A stretch of DNA of 64,000 nucleotides from an uncultured Selenomonas sp. (lineage in GTDB: Bacteria; Bacillota; Negativicutes; Selenomonadales; Selenomonadaceae), in NCBI GenBank assembly GCA_902780535.1, contig CACZFT010000009.1:10900-74899 (forward strand). Reading direction: 5' to 3'. The position numbers were made by a program, and so were the translations under genes. This document shows, piece after piece, positions 9,361 to 17,171 of this stretch. The notes under the pieces are model-generated. The model was not told where the DNA came from and did no database searches. It saw only the letters and a list, made by a program, of their open reading frames with translations. Within the stretch, counting starts at the first letter, position 1, and every line of letters begins with the position of its first letter.

Positions 9361-10113
9361 CTATTCTTCCCCCGTGAGACAGTCCTCGGGGAGTTCGGCG
9401 GCCGCTGCACGGTCGGCGATGATCGTCGCGTCCGGATGCAGCTGCAGGATGGAGGCCGGTGCCGCCGGACTCACGCTGCCGCAGACAGCCTTCCGCACGG
9501 CCTCGGCCTTTTCCCGGCCGCTCGCGAGCAGCACGACGCGGCGCGCGAGCATGATGGTCTTGATGCCCATGCTGATCGCGTAGCGCGGCACGTCTTCTTC
9601 CTCCTCGAAAAAGCGCGCGTTCGCCTGGATCGTCTCGTCGTCGAGCCGCACCTTGTGCGTCCTCGCCTCGAACTTCACATCCGGCTCGTTGAAGCCGATG
9701 TGCGCGTTGCGCCCGATGCCGAGCACCTGCAGGTCGATGCCGCCCTTCGACTGGATCAGCTTGTCGTACGCCCTGCAGGCCGCCGGCACGTCCTCTGCGC
9801 AGCCATCCGGGATGTGGATGTTCTCCGGCCGCACATTCACCTGGTCGAAGAAATGCCGGTGCATGAAATAATGATAGCTCTGCGGATTTTCCGGCGCCAT
9901 GCCGATGTACTCGTCGAGGTTGAACGTCGTGACCTGCGAGAAATCGAGGCCGATCGTCTTATGGACGGCCACGAGGTTGTCATACAGGCCTTCAGGCGTG
10001 CTGCCCGTCGCGAGGCCGAGCACGCTGGCGGGCTTCAGATAGATCTGCCCGGCGACGATCTTCGTCGCCTCGATGCTCATCTCCTTGTACGAATCTGCGA
10101 GGATGATGCGCAA
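9361..10113 (-). CDS. nagB: glucosamine-6-phosphate deaminase
   Basis: 250 aa. LGLATGSTPEGLY and GIGRNAHIGFNEP motifs. Confidence 0.9.
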   Translation of the reverse strand: MRIILADSYKEMSIEATKIVAGQIYLKPASVLGLATGSTPEGLYDNLVAVHKTIGLDFSQVTTFNLDEYIGMAPENPQSYHYFMHRHFFDQVNVRPENIHIPDGCAEDVPAACRAYDKLIQSKGGIDLQVLGIGRNAHIGFNEPDVKFEARTHKVRLDDETIQANARFFEEEEDVPRYAISMGIKTIMLARRVVLLASGREKAEAVRKAVCGSVSPAAPASILQLHPDATIIADRAAAAELPEDCLTGEE

Positions 10114-10155
10114 GGCTCCTCCCTCCTTTCCTCCGAGCCCCCTTCCGGGGCACTG

Positions 10156-11013
10156 TCACTTCGCCGCGCCGCCCTCCATGCGGAGGAATGCCTGCGCGGT
10201 CTTCTGCTTCCGCTCGATGGCACGATCGCCAAGCTCCTTCACGACCTGCGTGTAGAGCAGGTCGAGCACGAAGCTCTGTGCCATCTTCACCGCGATGGAA
10301 CCCGTCTCGAGCAGTGATTCCTTTGCCTCGTAGGCGAGGCAGATGTCGGCGGCCGCCGCCATCTCAGAAGCATCGTCCGACGTCACGACGAGGATCCTGG
10401 CGCCGTTCTCGCGCGCCGCGCGGACAGCTGTCAGCACTTCCCGCGATGTCCCGGAATGCGAGACGGCGAGGAAGGCATCCCCCGCCTGCGCGAGCGCCGC
10501 CATGATGTACATCTCATGGCTGTTGTCCGTGCCGATGCTGTCGAGCCCGATGCGGTAGAAACGATACGCCGTATCCCGCGCCGTGAAGCCCGAGTTGCCG
10601 AGGCCGAGGAAGCGCAGGCGTCGCGCGCCCAGAAGGAGCTTCGCGCACGCTTCGATGCGCCCTTCCGGCAGGTGCGCGAGCGTCCGCTCGAGCGCCGCGA
10701 TGTTCGTGTCGAGGAGCTTGCGCCCCGTCACGAGCGCGGACTCGCCTCGTTCGATGCTGCGGTGGATGATATAGCGGTTCGACCGCTCTGCCACCTCTTC
10801 CGCGAGCGCCATCTTGAACGCCTGCAGGCCGGAAAATCCCATCTTCTTCGCGAAGCGCGTCACCGTCGATTCCGTCGTCTCCGCCGCCTCGGCAATCGCG
10901 CGGATGGTCGTGCGCGGCACGTCCTGTGCGTGCTCCCGGACATACGCCAGGAGCCGCCGGTCCGCTTTCGACGGACGGAAGGAAGGATGATCGAGCTGCT
11001 CGAGAATCTGCAT
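10156..11013 (-). CDS. RpiR/MurR-family transcriptional regulator (HTH + SIS domain)
   Basis: 285 aa. N-terminal HTH (TIRAIAEAAETTESTVTRFAKKMGFSG) and a C-terminal SIS sugar-phosphate binding pattern; heads the amino-sugar cluster. Confidence 0.85.
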   Translation of the reverse strand: MQILEQLDHPSFRPSKADRRLLAYVREHAQDVPRTTIRAIAEAAETTESTVTRFAKKMGFSGLQAFKMALAEEVAERSNRYIIHRSIERGESALVTGRKLLDTNIAALERTLAHLPEGRIEACAKLLLGARRLRFLGLGNSGFTARDTAYRFYRIGLDSIGTDNSHEMYIMAALAQAGDAFLAVSHSGTSREVLTAVRAARENGARILVVTSDDASEMAAAADICLAYEAKESLLETGSIAVKMAQSFVLDLLYTQVVKELGDRAIERKQKTAQAFLRMEGGAAK

Positions 11014-11215
11014 ATCGTCGTCTCCCCCTTTGATTCCTCACGGTTCTCTCACAGTGTAGCACAGAGCATGCAAAAAATGCAAGCCACTTTTATTTTATCC
11101 TGTATCCTTGCATACAATTCGAGAATTTTGCAAACCATTGCCGGATTGTATCCACACGAAAAAGCCGCTGCATGGGAAGCATGCAACGGCCGGCCTTTCA
11201 AGCGATGGCTGTGAT

Positions 11216-12808
11216 TTATTCTTCTTTTTCCTGCGTGATGACGTACCTGCCGCGGCCAGCAGCCTTGGCCTCGTACATGGCAGCGTCGGCGAGCTGGACG
11301 AGGGCGTCGATCGTCGTGGCGTCGACGGGGTAGCGCGCGATGCCGATGCTCGCAGAGATATGGGCATCGACGCCTGCGCCTGAAAGGTGGATGGGGCGCT
11401 CGAGCACATCGATGATGTGCTGGCCTTTCTGCGCGACCTCGAGGTCGTTCGCGCCTGGCAGGAACATCAGGAATTCGTCGCCGCCGAGACGGCAGACGAG
11501 CTCGATGCGGCCCGCGATGTGCGTGAGGCGGCGGCCGACCTCGATCAGGAGCTCGTCGCCGGCCGCATGGCCGTATGTGTCATTGACGACCTTGAACTTG
11601 TCGAGGTCGATGAAGAACAGCGCCGCGACGCGGTTCGTGCCATAGGCGCGCACGAGCACGTCGCGCGCGGTCTCCATGAAGTGGCGGCGGTTCGGCAGGC
11701 CCGTGAGGCCGTCATGATACGCCATGTCCTCGATTTTCTCGGCGGCGGCCTGCTGCTTGCGCTGCGCGCTGACGAGCAGGTCGATCATGTGGTTGAGGTT
11801 CTTCGCGATGTCGCCGAGCTCGTCGTCCGCATGGTACTCGAAGCGCTGGCTGTAGTCGCCCTGCCCGACGAGGCGCAGAACCTGCCCCGCGCGCAGGAAG
11901 CCGCGCGTCATGCGGCGGCTCATGAAGTAGAGCGCGAGCGCCGCAATGAAGACGACGATGACGCCGAGGAGCGCCGTGCGCTGCATGATGCCCGTGACGG
12001 GCGCGAGCGCCGCGTCGTAATCGCGCACGAACATCAGGCTCCAGTGCAGGTTGATTTCGGGGATGTCGATGGTCTGGTAGACGCCGATGCATTCTTTGCC
12101 GGCATCGTTGATGAAATGACGTCCCGAGCTCGCGCCCTCGAGCGCAGCATCAATCGATGCCGCGTCCTTGGTGTCAGGCGCGGCGATGGCATTGCCGCCG
12201 TTATCCAGCAGATAGACGTCGCAGTCCGGGTCGCTGTTGCACGAGCGGATGACCTGCTGGAGATCCGTCGTGCGGATGTCGGCCATGATGAGCCCCATCG
12301 CGTTGCCGTTCTCATCATAGAGGCCTTTCGTAATCGTCACGATGGGATTGCCGGTCGAACGCGACGTGTAGACGTTGCTGATGGCGCCGCGCTTCGTCTT
12401 TGCAAAGTCGAGGAACCACTGGCGGTCGCCGCGCGGGGCGCACTGCCCCCACGACCGCGCAATCTGCATGCCGTCCATGTCGACGATGGCGAGGAGCTCG
12501 TAGTGCGGATGATTCCGCGCCGTCTTCAAAAGAACAAACTGCTGCTCTTCCGTCGAGCTCTCGAACAAATCCGGATAATCGGCCATCATGCCGATGACCT
12601 CGTCATCGGAGCGGATGGACCGCTCGATATGACGCGCGAGCACGCGCGTGATCTGCGCGTCGTTCGCGCGGACCTTTTCTTCGTAGTAGCCGACAACAGC
12701 CCAGCGCACAATAGCCATGAATGCCACGACGGTCGCCAGCAGCGCGATGCTGACAACGACGGTATATTTCTTATGAATGGAGACTCGCATCCCTATCATT
12801 CCCTCCAT
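11216..12808 (-). CDS. diguanylate cyclase with N-terminal TM/Cache-like sensor and HAMP
   Basis: 530 aa. RLGGDEFLMFL GGDEF active-site motif. Has an N-terminal TM helix and a second TM before a HAMP-like segment. The true start may be the internal Met at about 12790. Confidence 0.8.
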   Translation of the reverse strand: MEGMIGMRVSIHKKYTVVVSIALLATVVAFMAIVRWAVVGYYEEKVRANDAQITRVLARHIERSIRSDDEVIGMMADYPDLFESSTEEQQFVLLKTARNHPHYELLAIVDMDGMQIARSWGQCAPRGDRQWFLDFAKTKRGAISNVYTSRSTGNPIVTITKGLYDENGNAMGLIMADIRTTDLQQVIRSCNSDPDCDVYLLDNGGNAIAAPDTKDAASIDAALEGASSGRHFINDAGKECIGVYQTIDIPEINLHWSLMFVRDYDAALAPVTGIMQRTALLGVIVVFIAALALYFMSRRMTRGFLRAGQVLRLVGQGDYSQRFEYHADDELGDIAKNLNHMIDLLVSAQRKQQAAAEKIEDMAYHDGLTGLPNRRHFMETARDVLVRAYGTNRVAALFFIDLDKFKVVNDTYGHAAGDELLIEVGRRLTHIAGRIELVCRLGGDEFLMFLPGANDLEVAQKGQHIIDVLERPIHLSGAGVDAHISASIGIARYPVDATTIDALVQLADAAMYEAKAAGRGRYVITQEKEE

Positions 12809-12891
12809 TCAGACTTCTCTCCCAAGTCTTTTTCTTCCCTTTTCGCTCATTATATCACGTTCGTCTCTGGAAGTCTTTAAAGTTCTAGCAT

Positions 12892-14565
12892 TCACGTTCT
12901 TTTTTGTTCTTTCTCTGTGGTTTTCTGTGCTTTCTCCGCTGACTCGGACGTCGATTTCTGCGCTTCTGTCTTCTTCGCCTCGGCGGCCGCCTTTGCCGCT
13001 TCCTCGCGCTTCTTCACGCGTGCATCATAGGCCTTTGCGTCGATATCCTTCAGATACTCGTCAGGAATGCACTCGGACGCCGGCGCGAGCTCATGGACTT
13101 TCTGGTAATCCGCCAGCGCTCCGTCGCGGTCGCCTGCCTCATCCTCCAGGATGGCGCGCATGCGGTAGCCGTCGGCGTTTTTCTCGTCGGCCGCAACGGC
13201 CTGCGCGGCATCGGCGATGGCCGCGGCGAGGTCGCCTTTCATCCAGTAGATGTCGGCGCGGTTCAGGAAATTGTAGACGTTCTTCGGGTCTTCCGCGCAG
13301 GCCGCGTCCGCCGCCGCAAGCGCGCCGTCGAAATCCCCTGCGACCGCGAGTGCGCGGCCGCGGATGCCGAGGCTTTCCGCATGGTCGTCGAGCCCTTTCG
13401 CCGCGAGCGCACGGTCGATCATCGCGAGCGCCTTGCGGCTGTCGCCGAGGTCGCTGTAGATGTCGCTGTTCATGCGCATGCGCTTCGCCTGCTTCGCATT
13501 CGCTGCGAGCACGGCCTCATAGGCTTTCGCGAGCGCCTGCCGTTCCTTTTCCTCGGCGGCGTCGAGCTTCTTGCGCGCGCCGGATTTCGCTTCGCCCGCA
13601 TACGCCGCCGTCACGAGCGTGCGCAGCGTGTCCTTGAGCCCCTGCTGGCGCACGGCCGCCGTGAGCAGCGGCGCCTTCGCGTTTTCCCAGTCGCCCGCCG
13701 CGCCGAGTCCCCAGGCCTCGGCCGTGCGGCAGTCGTGGAACAGCCGCCCGAGCTCGCCCGCGAGCAGGTACGCATTTTCCGCCGTATCATCGTACGTCTC
13801 GGCCGTGAACGCGCCCGAGAGCAGCCGCGTGCCGTCGATGCAGACGTCCTTGCGGGCCTCGACTGTCACATGGCCCGCACTGTAGTCCGTCAGCATCTTC
13901 ATGAGACGCGCCTCGCGGAGCTCCGTGTCGGGATGATCGTTGTAGTTGACGTCTGTCTTTTCCTTCGGATCCTGATACTCGCGGAAATCGCGCGACTCGT
14001 CCTTGAGATACGCCGTCATGCGCGCCATCGCCGCCGCGCCGCCGCCCGGATTGAAGCCCGCCCGCGCCGCGAGCTGGAAGCCGCCCGCATCCGCCGCATA
14101 CTCCGTCGGCAGCGTGAAGAGCTTTGCCGACGAATAGGCCGTGAGCTTCTGCAGCTGCTGCCAGTCCATGACGCCCGTCGCCATGTTGAGGAGCGACAGG
14201 CCGTAGTACGCCGCCATCGTTTTCGCATAGACCTCGGCGCTGTGGTGCTCGATGCCGTGCGTCATCTCATGCCCGAGCACGGCCGCGATTTCCGCTTCAT
14301 GGCCGAGGATGCGCACGAGGCCGCGGTTCACCGAGATATAGTCCGTCGGATAGCACGCCGCATTGAAGAGCGCACTGTCATTCACATGCCACGAAAACGG
14401 CAGGGCATCGGCGGGCAGCACGAAGACATCGGGCTGCGTCAGCCGCGTCATGATGCCGTCGATGATTGCCACGTCGCGCGCGTTGCCGTCCGTGCCGTTC
14501 GCCTTCTTGTCCTGCCAGAGGCTCTGCTGCTGGTAGTGCGCATTGTTCCCGATGTCGAGCATCAT
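12892..14565 (-). CDS. M48-family zinc metallopeptidase with C-terminal TPR repeats (body; see frame problem at N-terminus)
   Basis: HEMTHGIEHH (HExxH) motif, and TPR-like repeats in the C-terminal third. The ORF-track N-terminal extension (RHRGGRVCGSGGCC...) is implausible. The first in-frame ATG ATG is at 14565/14562. Confidence 0.7.
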   Translation of the reverse strand: MMLDIGNNAHYQQQSLWQDKKANGTDGNARDVAIIDGIMTRLTQPDVFVLPADALPFSWHVNDSALFNAACYPTDYISVNRGLVRILGHEAEIAAVLGHEMTHGIEHHSAEVYAKTMAAYYGLSLLNMATGVMDWQQLQKLTAYSSAKLFTLPTEYAADAGGFQLAARAGFNPGGGAAAMARMTAYLKDESRDFREYQDPKEKTDVNYNDHPDTELREARLMKMLTDYSAGHVTVEARKDVCIDGTRLLSGAFTAETYDDTAENAYLLAGELGRLFHDCRTAEAWGLGAAGDWENAKAPLLTAAVRQQGLKDTLRTLVTAAYAGEAKSGARKKLDAAEEKERQALAKAYEAVLAANAKQAKRMRMNSDIYSDLGDSRKALAMIDRALAAKGLDDHAESLGIRGRALAVAGDFDGALAAADAACAEDPKNVYNFLNRADIYWMKGDLAAAIADAAQAVAADEKNADGYRMRAILEDEAGDRDGALADYQKVHELAPASECIPDEYLKDIDAKAYDARVKKREEAAKAAAEAKKTEAQKSTSESAEKAQKTTEKEQKRT

Positions 14566-14729
14566 CGAAAGTACGCGAGGAACCCCGAAAGCGCGGACGC
14601 CGCGATGCCCCAGCCCGTCCCGCTCGCCGCCTCGGCAACAGGCAGCGGTGCAGCAGCCGCCGCTCCCGCAAACACGGCCGCCGCGATGGCGCGCGCGAGC
14701 TTCTTCCTCCAAGAGCTTTGCAAAAACAT
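14562..14729 (-). other. 55-codon ORF encoding a signal peptide, out of frame with the M48 body (frameshift or coupled leader ORF)
   Basis: My translation is MFLQSSWRKKLARAIAAAVFAGAAAAAPLPVAEAASGTGWGIAASALSGFLAYFR*. Its stop overlaps the downstream ATG as ATGA (14562-14565). Confidence 0.45.
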
Positions 14730-14948
14730 CCCCTCCCCAATGTATCACTGAGTCAACTGCAACATTTCCTGCTATTATAGTTTACTTATTATTATATTCT
14801 CCGTAAATATCTTTTCACCCCCCTAGGATGTCCATATATTAAAGGAAAGGTAGTGTCTTTTGCACCTCATCATATTTTTACGACACCCTTATCTATTGCA
14901 GACAAAATGCAGACAAATGCAATCAGAATTGAACCGCCACAAAGCCCC

Positions 14949-15245
14949 TTATGCCGCTGCTGTCTGCTGCTGCACCGTCTGCAAAATCTGCTTGCCGATG
15001 TAGATGCCGATCTGCACGGCGAACGGGATCACGATGGCGTCGCGAATCTTCGTCCAGCCTGTCTCATTCGTTGCCTGTTCCTTCACCTTCGCGGTGAACT
15101 GCGCCGCGTACTCCTCGACGACGGGTACGCCCGCCTCGAGGAAGTTCGCAAGGAACTGCTGCTTCGTCTCCTCGACGACGTTGAGCGCGCCCTGCTTCAT
15201 TGCGTCAAGCGCGCCGTCGCGAATGTCTGTCCATTTACTCATCAT
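14949..15245 (-). CDS. hypothetical prophage-end protein with C-terminal TM helix
   Basis: 98 aa, amphipathic N-terminal part plus IVIPFAVQIGIYIG hydrophobic segment. No family recognised. Confidence 0.5.
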   Translation of the reverse strand: MMSKWTDIRDGALDAMKQGALNVVEETKQQFLANFLEAGVPVVEEYAAQFTAKVKEQATNETGWTKIRDAIVIPFAVQIGIYIGKQILQTVQQQTAAA

Positions 15246-15257
15246 TAACCATCCTTT

Positions 15258-15560
15258 CTAATCCTTAAAGCATTGGTATGTATACCAGAGCGCCATCATG
15301 CCCCGACCGCAGGAGGTAAACTTGCCGTTGTAGCTGACGCGCCTTGTCAGCCCGTTCCTGTGTACTCTCAAGACCTCTCCGTAGTCGGGGGACTGGCATA
15401 TCCACTCACGCCGAGACAACCATGCCGCAAACGCAGGAATGTCGGTGAGCTTTACGAGCCCGATCCATTTCCCGCGCTTTGCCGATATGTCCATCTGGCG
15501 AAGCTCTGCATTGGTAAATAGAGGCTTCACCGTAGCGCCTCCCAGTCGTGTGTCAATCAT
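15258..15560 (-). CDS. hypothetical protein
   Basis: 100-aa ORF immediately downstream of the endolysin. No recognisable motifs. Confidence 0.45.
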   Translation of the reverse strand: MIDTRLGGATVKPLFTNAELRQMDISAKRGKWIGLVKLTDIPAFAAWLSRREWICQSPDYGEVLRVHRNGLTRRVSYNGKFTSCGRGMMALWYTYQCFKD

Positions 15561-15588
15561 GTGAAAATCGCACGATGCGGTTTGCGCA

Positions 15589-16152
15589 TCAAAGCGTCTG
15601 TTCGTAGTCTGTCACGCCGCGCGCGATTGCCCGCGCAAACTCATCCGTCTTACCCGTCAAGAGCGCCGCGTCCTCGTCATTATCGATAAACGCCATCTCG
15701 ACGAGCACGGCGGGCATATCTGTCTGCCGCAGGACGAGCAGCCCAGGGCGACTCTTGATGCCGCGGTCGGTCGTGTCAAGCGCGTCCACGATCTGCGACT
15801 GGATGCACTGCGCGAGCTGTGCGCCGTTGTTGCCACTGTCCGCGTCATAACATTCGACCTCCGTTCCGCGCGCTACGCCATTCGCCGCATTGCAGTGGAT
15901 GGAGACGAAGACGTCTGCCGCCCAGTTATTCGCATCACCGCAGACCGTGCGCCCCTGGCGATCGGAGTACTCCGACTCCCCCGCGAGGTTATCACTCTGC
16001 AAAATGCGGCACTCGCACCCTGCCGCCTCGAGGTAGTCCACGACGAGCGCACCGACCTCAGCCGCTACGTCGCACTCGCGCAAGCCGCTATTCGGATTGA
16101 CAGCGCCGGAGTCGTGTTCTTTGTCGTGTCCCGGGTTGATAAATACCTTCAT
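15589..16152 (-). CDS. N-acetylmuramoyl-L-alanine amidase (Amidase_3 type) endolysin
   Basis: 187 aa. MKVFINPGHD...GAV...VSIHCNA...E...AVLVEMAFIDN pattern of the zinc amidase family. Its start overlaps the upstream stop (ATGA). Confidence 0.85.
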   Translation of the reverse strand: MKVFINPGHDKEHDSGAVNPNSGLRECDVAAEVGALVVDYLEAAGCECRILQSDNLAGESEYSDRQGRTVCGDANNWAADVFVSIHCNAANGVARGTEVECYDADSGNNGAQLAQCIQSQIVDALDTTDRGIKSRPGLLVLRQTDMPAVLVEMAFIDNDEDAALLTGKTDEFARAIARGVTDYEQTL

Positions 16153-16313
16153 TTCACATCGTCCTTTCTCTGATATGGCGACATCTTGTAAATGGGAGCC
16201 TCCATCCGTGCTACTTCCTCTTCGTAGAAATGGTACTGCCGCGCAAGGGCGGCGAACTTCTGAAACGCCTCCGCAAAGAGTACGTACTGGAGCGCCGGGA
16301 TGCGGTTATCCAT
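16149..16313 (-). CDS. 54-aa lysis-cassette protein, unknown role
   Basis: MDNRIPALQYVLFAEAFQKF... Its start overlaps the stop of the 55-aa ORF, and its stop overlaps the amidase start (ATGA). Confidence 0.45.
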   Translation of the reverse strand: MDNRIPALQYVLFAEAFQKFAALARQYHFYEEEVARMEAPIYKMSPYQRKDDVK

Positions 16314-16473
16314 GCGCGTCACCTCCTCCGTGCGCGATGGCCGTCCGGCCGAGATAGCCGATGAGACCGCTTGCGATTGTGTTCTGCATCTCCGCGCTTC
16401 CGCCACAGAAAATAGTGGCAAGCAGCGCGGCGACGAGCCCGGTACCGACGATGAGATCCGTCGTGATTTTCAT
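16306..16473 (-). CDS. 55-aa two-TM holin candidate
   Basis: Below ORF-track cutoff. GGAGG lies 9 nt upstream. Translation MKITTDLIVGTGLVAALLATIFCGGSAEMQNTIASGLIGYLGRTAIAHGGGDAHG. ATGA overlap with the upstream ORF. Confidence 0.5.
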   Translation of the reverse strand: MKITTDLIVGTGLVAALLATIFCGGSAEMQNTIASGLIGYLGRTAIAHGGGDAHG

Positions 16474-16724
16474 CCGTGCGACCTCCCCTCAAGCGCGTCA
16501 ATGCGGTGATGGGCGGAGCGCACGGATTGGTCTACTTCGGCGAGATGTACCTCCAGTTCCTGCCGCTGCTTGCCGCTCTCTTTCATTTCGGCTCTCATCT
16601 CATCAATGGCTTTCTGCAAAGCTTTGATTGACGCGTTGAGTGGACGCAGGACGGCAAAAGAAAACGCGGCTCCAACGACGGCCGCGATTGCTGCTATCTG
16701 TGCGATTGTTGCAAGTACGCTCAT
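16470..16724 (-). CDS. 84-aa membrane-anchored coiled-coil protein (holin/lysis accessory candidate)
   Basis: N-terminal TM (VLATIAQIAAIAAVVGAAFSFAVL) followed by a charged coiled coil. First gene of the lysis cassette. Confidence 0.55.
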   Translation of the reverse strand: MSVLATIAQIAAIAAVVGAAFSFAVLRPLNASIKALQKAIDEMRAEMKESGKQRQELEVHLAEVDQSVRSAHHRIDALEGRSHG

Positions 16725-16810
16725 AAGCCCTCCTTTCTCTCCTCTGTGTATTCATCACCCGCGGTGGCGGCGGGCTGTGCGTGTGTACGAAAGTCATGCT
16801 CCGCGCTCCG

Positions 16811-16951
16811 TCAGTAGCCCGCCTTATACCAATCCGGCTGCTCATCAATCCACTTCTGCGTGAGTGCACGATACTGCTCCGGCACATCCTCGATTTTCAT
16901 GTACTTGAAGATGACGAGACGCCCATACATTCTTGCCATAAGTTCTACCAT
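16811..16951 (-). CDS. 46-aa small phage protein
   Basis: Below track cutoff. RBS is GGAGGAAACGAAAATG. Translation MVELMARMYGRLVIFKYMKIEDVPEQYRALTQKWIDEQPDWYKAGY. Small ORFs at this position after fibre genes are common in Firmicutes myophages. Confidence 0.4.
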   Translation of the reverse strand: MVELMARMYGRLVIFKYMKIEDVPEQYRALTQKWIDEQPDWYKAGY

Positions 16952-16969
16952 TTTCGTTTCCTCCTTTTA

Positions 16970-17164
16970 TTACTTTGCTTTCGCTTCGAGTGCGGCGACG
17001 CGGGTCTCAAGCCCTGCGATAATCTGCGCGATTTCTGCGATAGATGCGGTTGCTGCTGTGGCCGCGTTCGTCGCGTCGAGCAGCGCATTCTTCATCTGCT
17101 GCTCTTTCTGCGCCGCGCGCCTCTTCGGCAGGTTCGTATGTTTCGTGACAAACATGATGCTCAC
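16970..17164 (-). CDS. 64-aa coiled-coil protein
   Basis: ORF track entry. Ala/Glu-rich heptad-like C-terminus. Confidence 0.4.
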   Translation of the reverse strand: MSIMFVTKHTNLPKRRAAQKEQQMKNALLDATNAATAATASIAEIAQIIAGLETRVAALEAKAK

Positions 17165-17171
17165 CTCCTTT

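Noticed and set aside
7000-10317. 1105-aa plus-strand ORF. Similar long plus-strand ORFs occur at 5642-7105, 11387-12880, 13093-14751, 35428-37212, 39359-41302 and 16860-17969.
   Set aside because: These have Arg/Ala/Asp-rich low-complexity translations with no motifs. Each lies exactly antisense to a minus-strand gene with clear family signatures. Such stop-free shadow frames are typical of GC-rich DNA.
14378-14748. GTG start at 14748 for the M48 peptidase, and the alternative 120-aa ORF at 14378-14740
   Set aside because: Both give Arg/Cys/Gly-rich nonsense. The only biologically sensible N-terminus in this stretch is the signal peptide in the third frame, starting at 14729.
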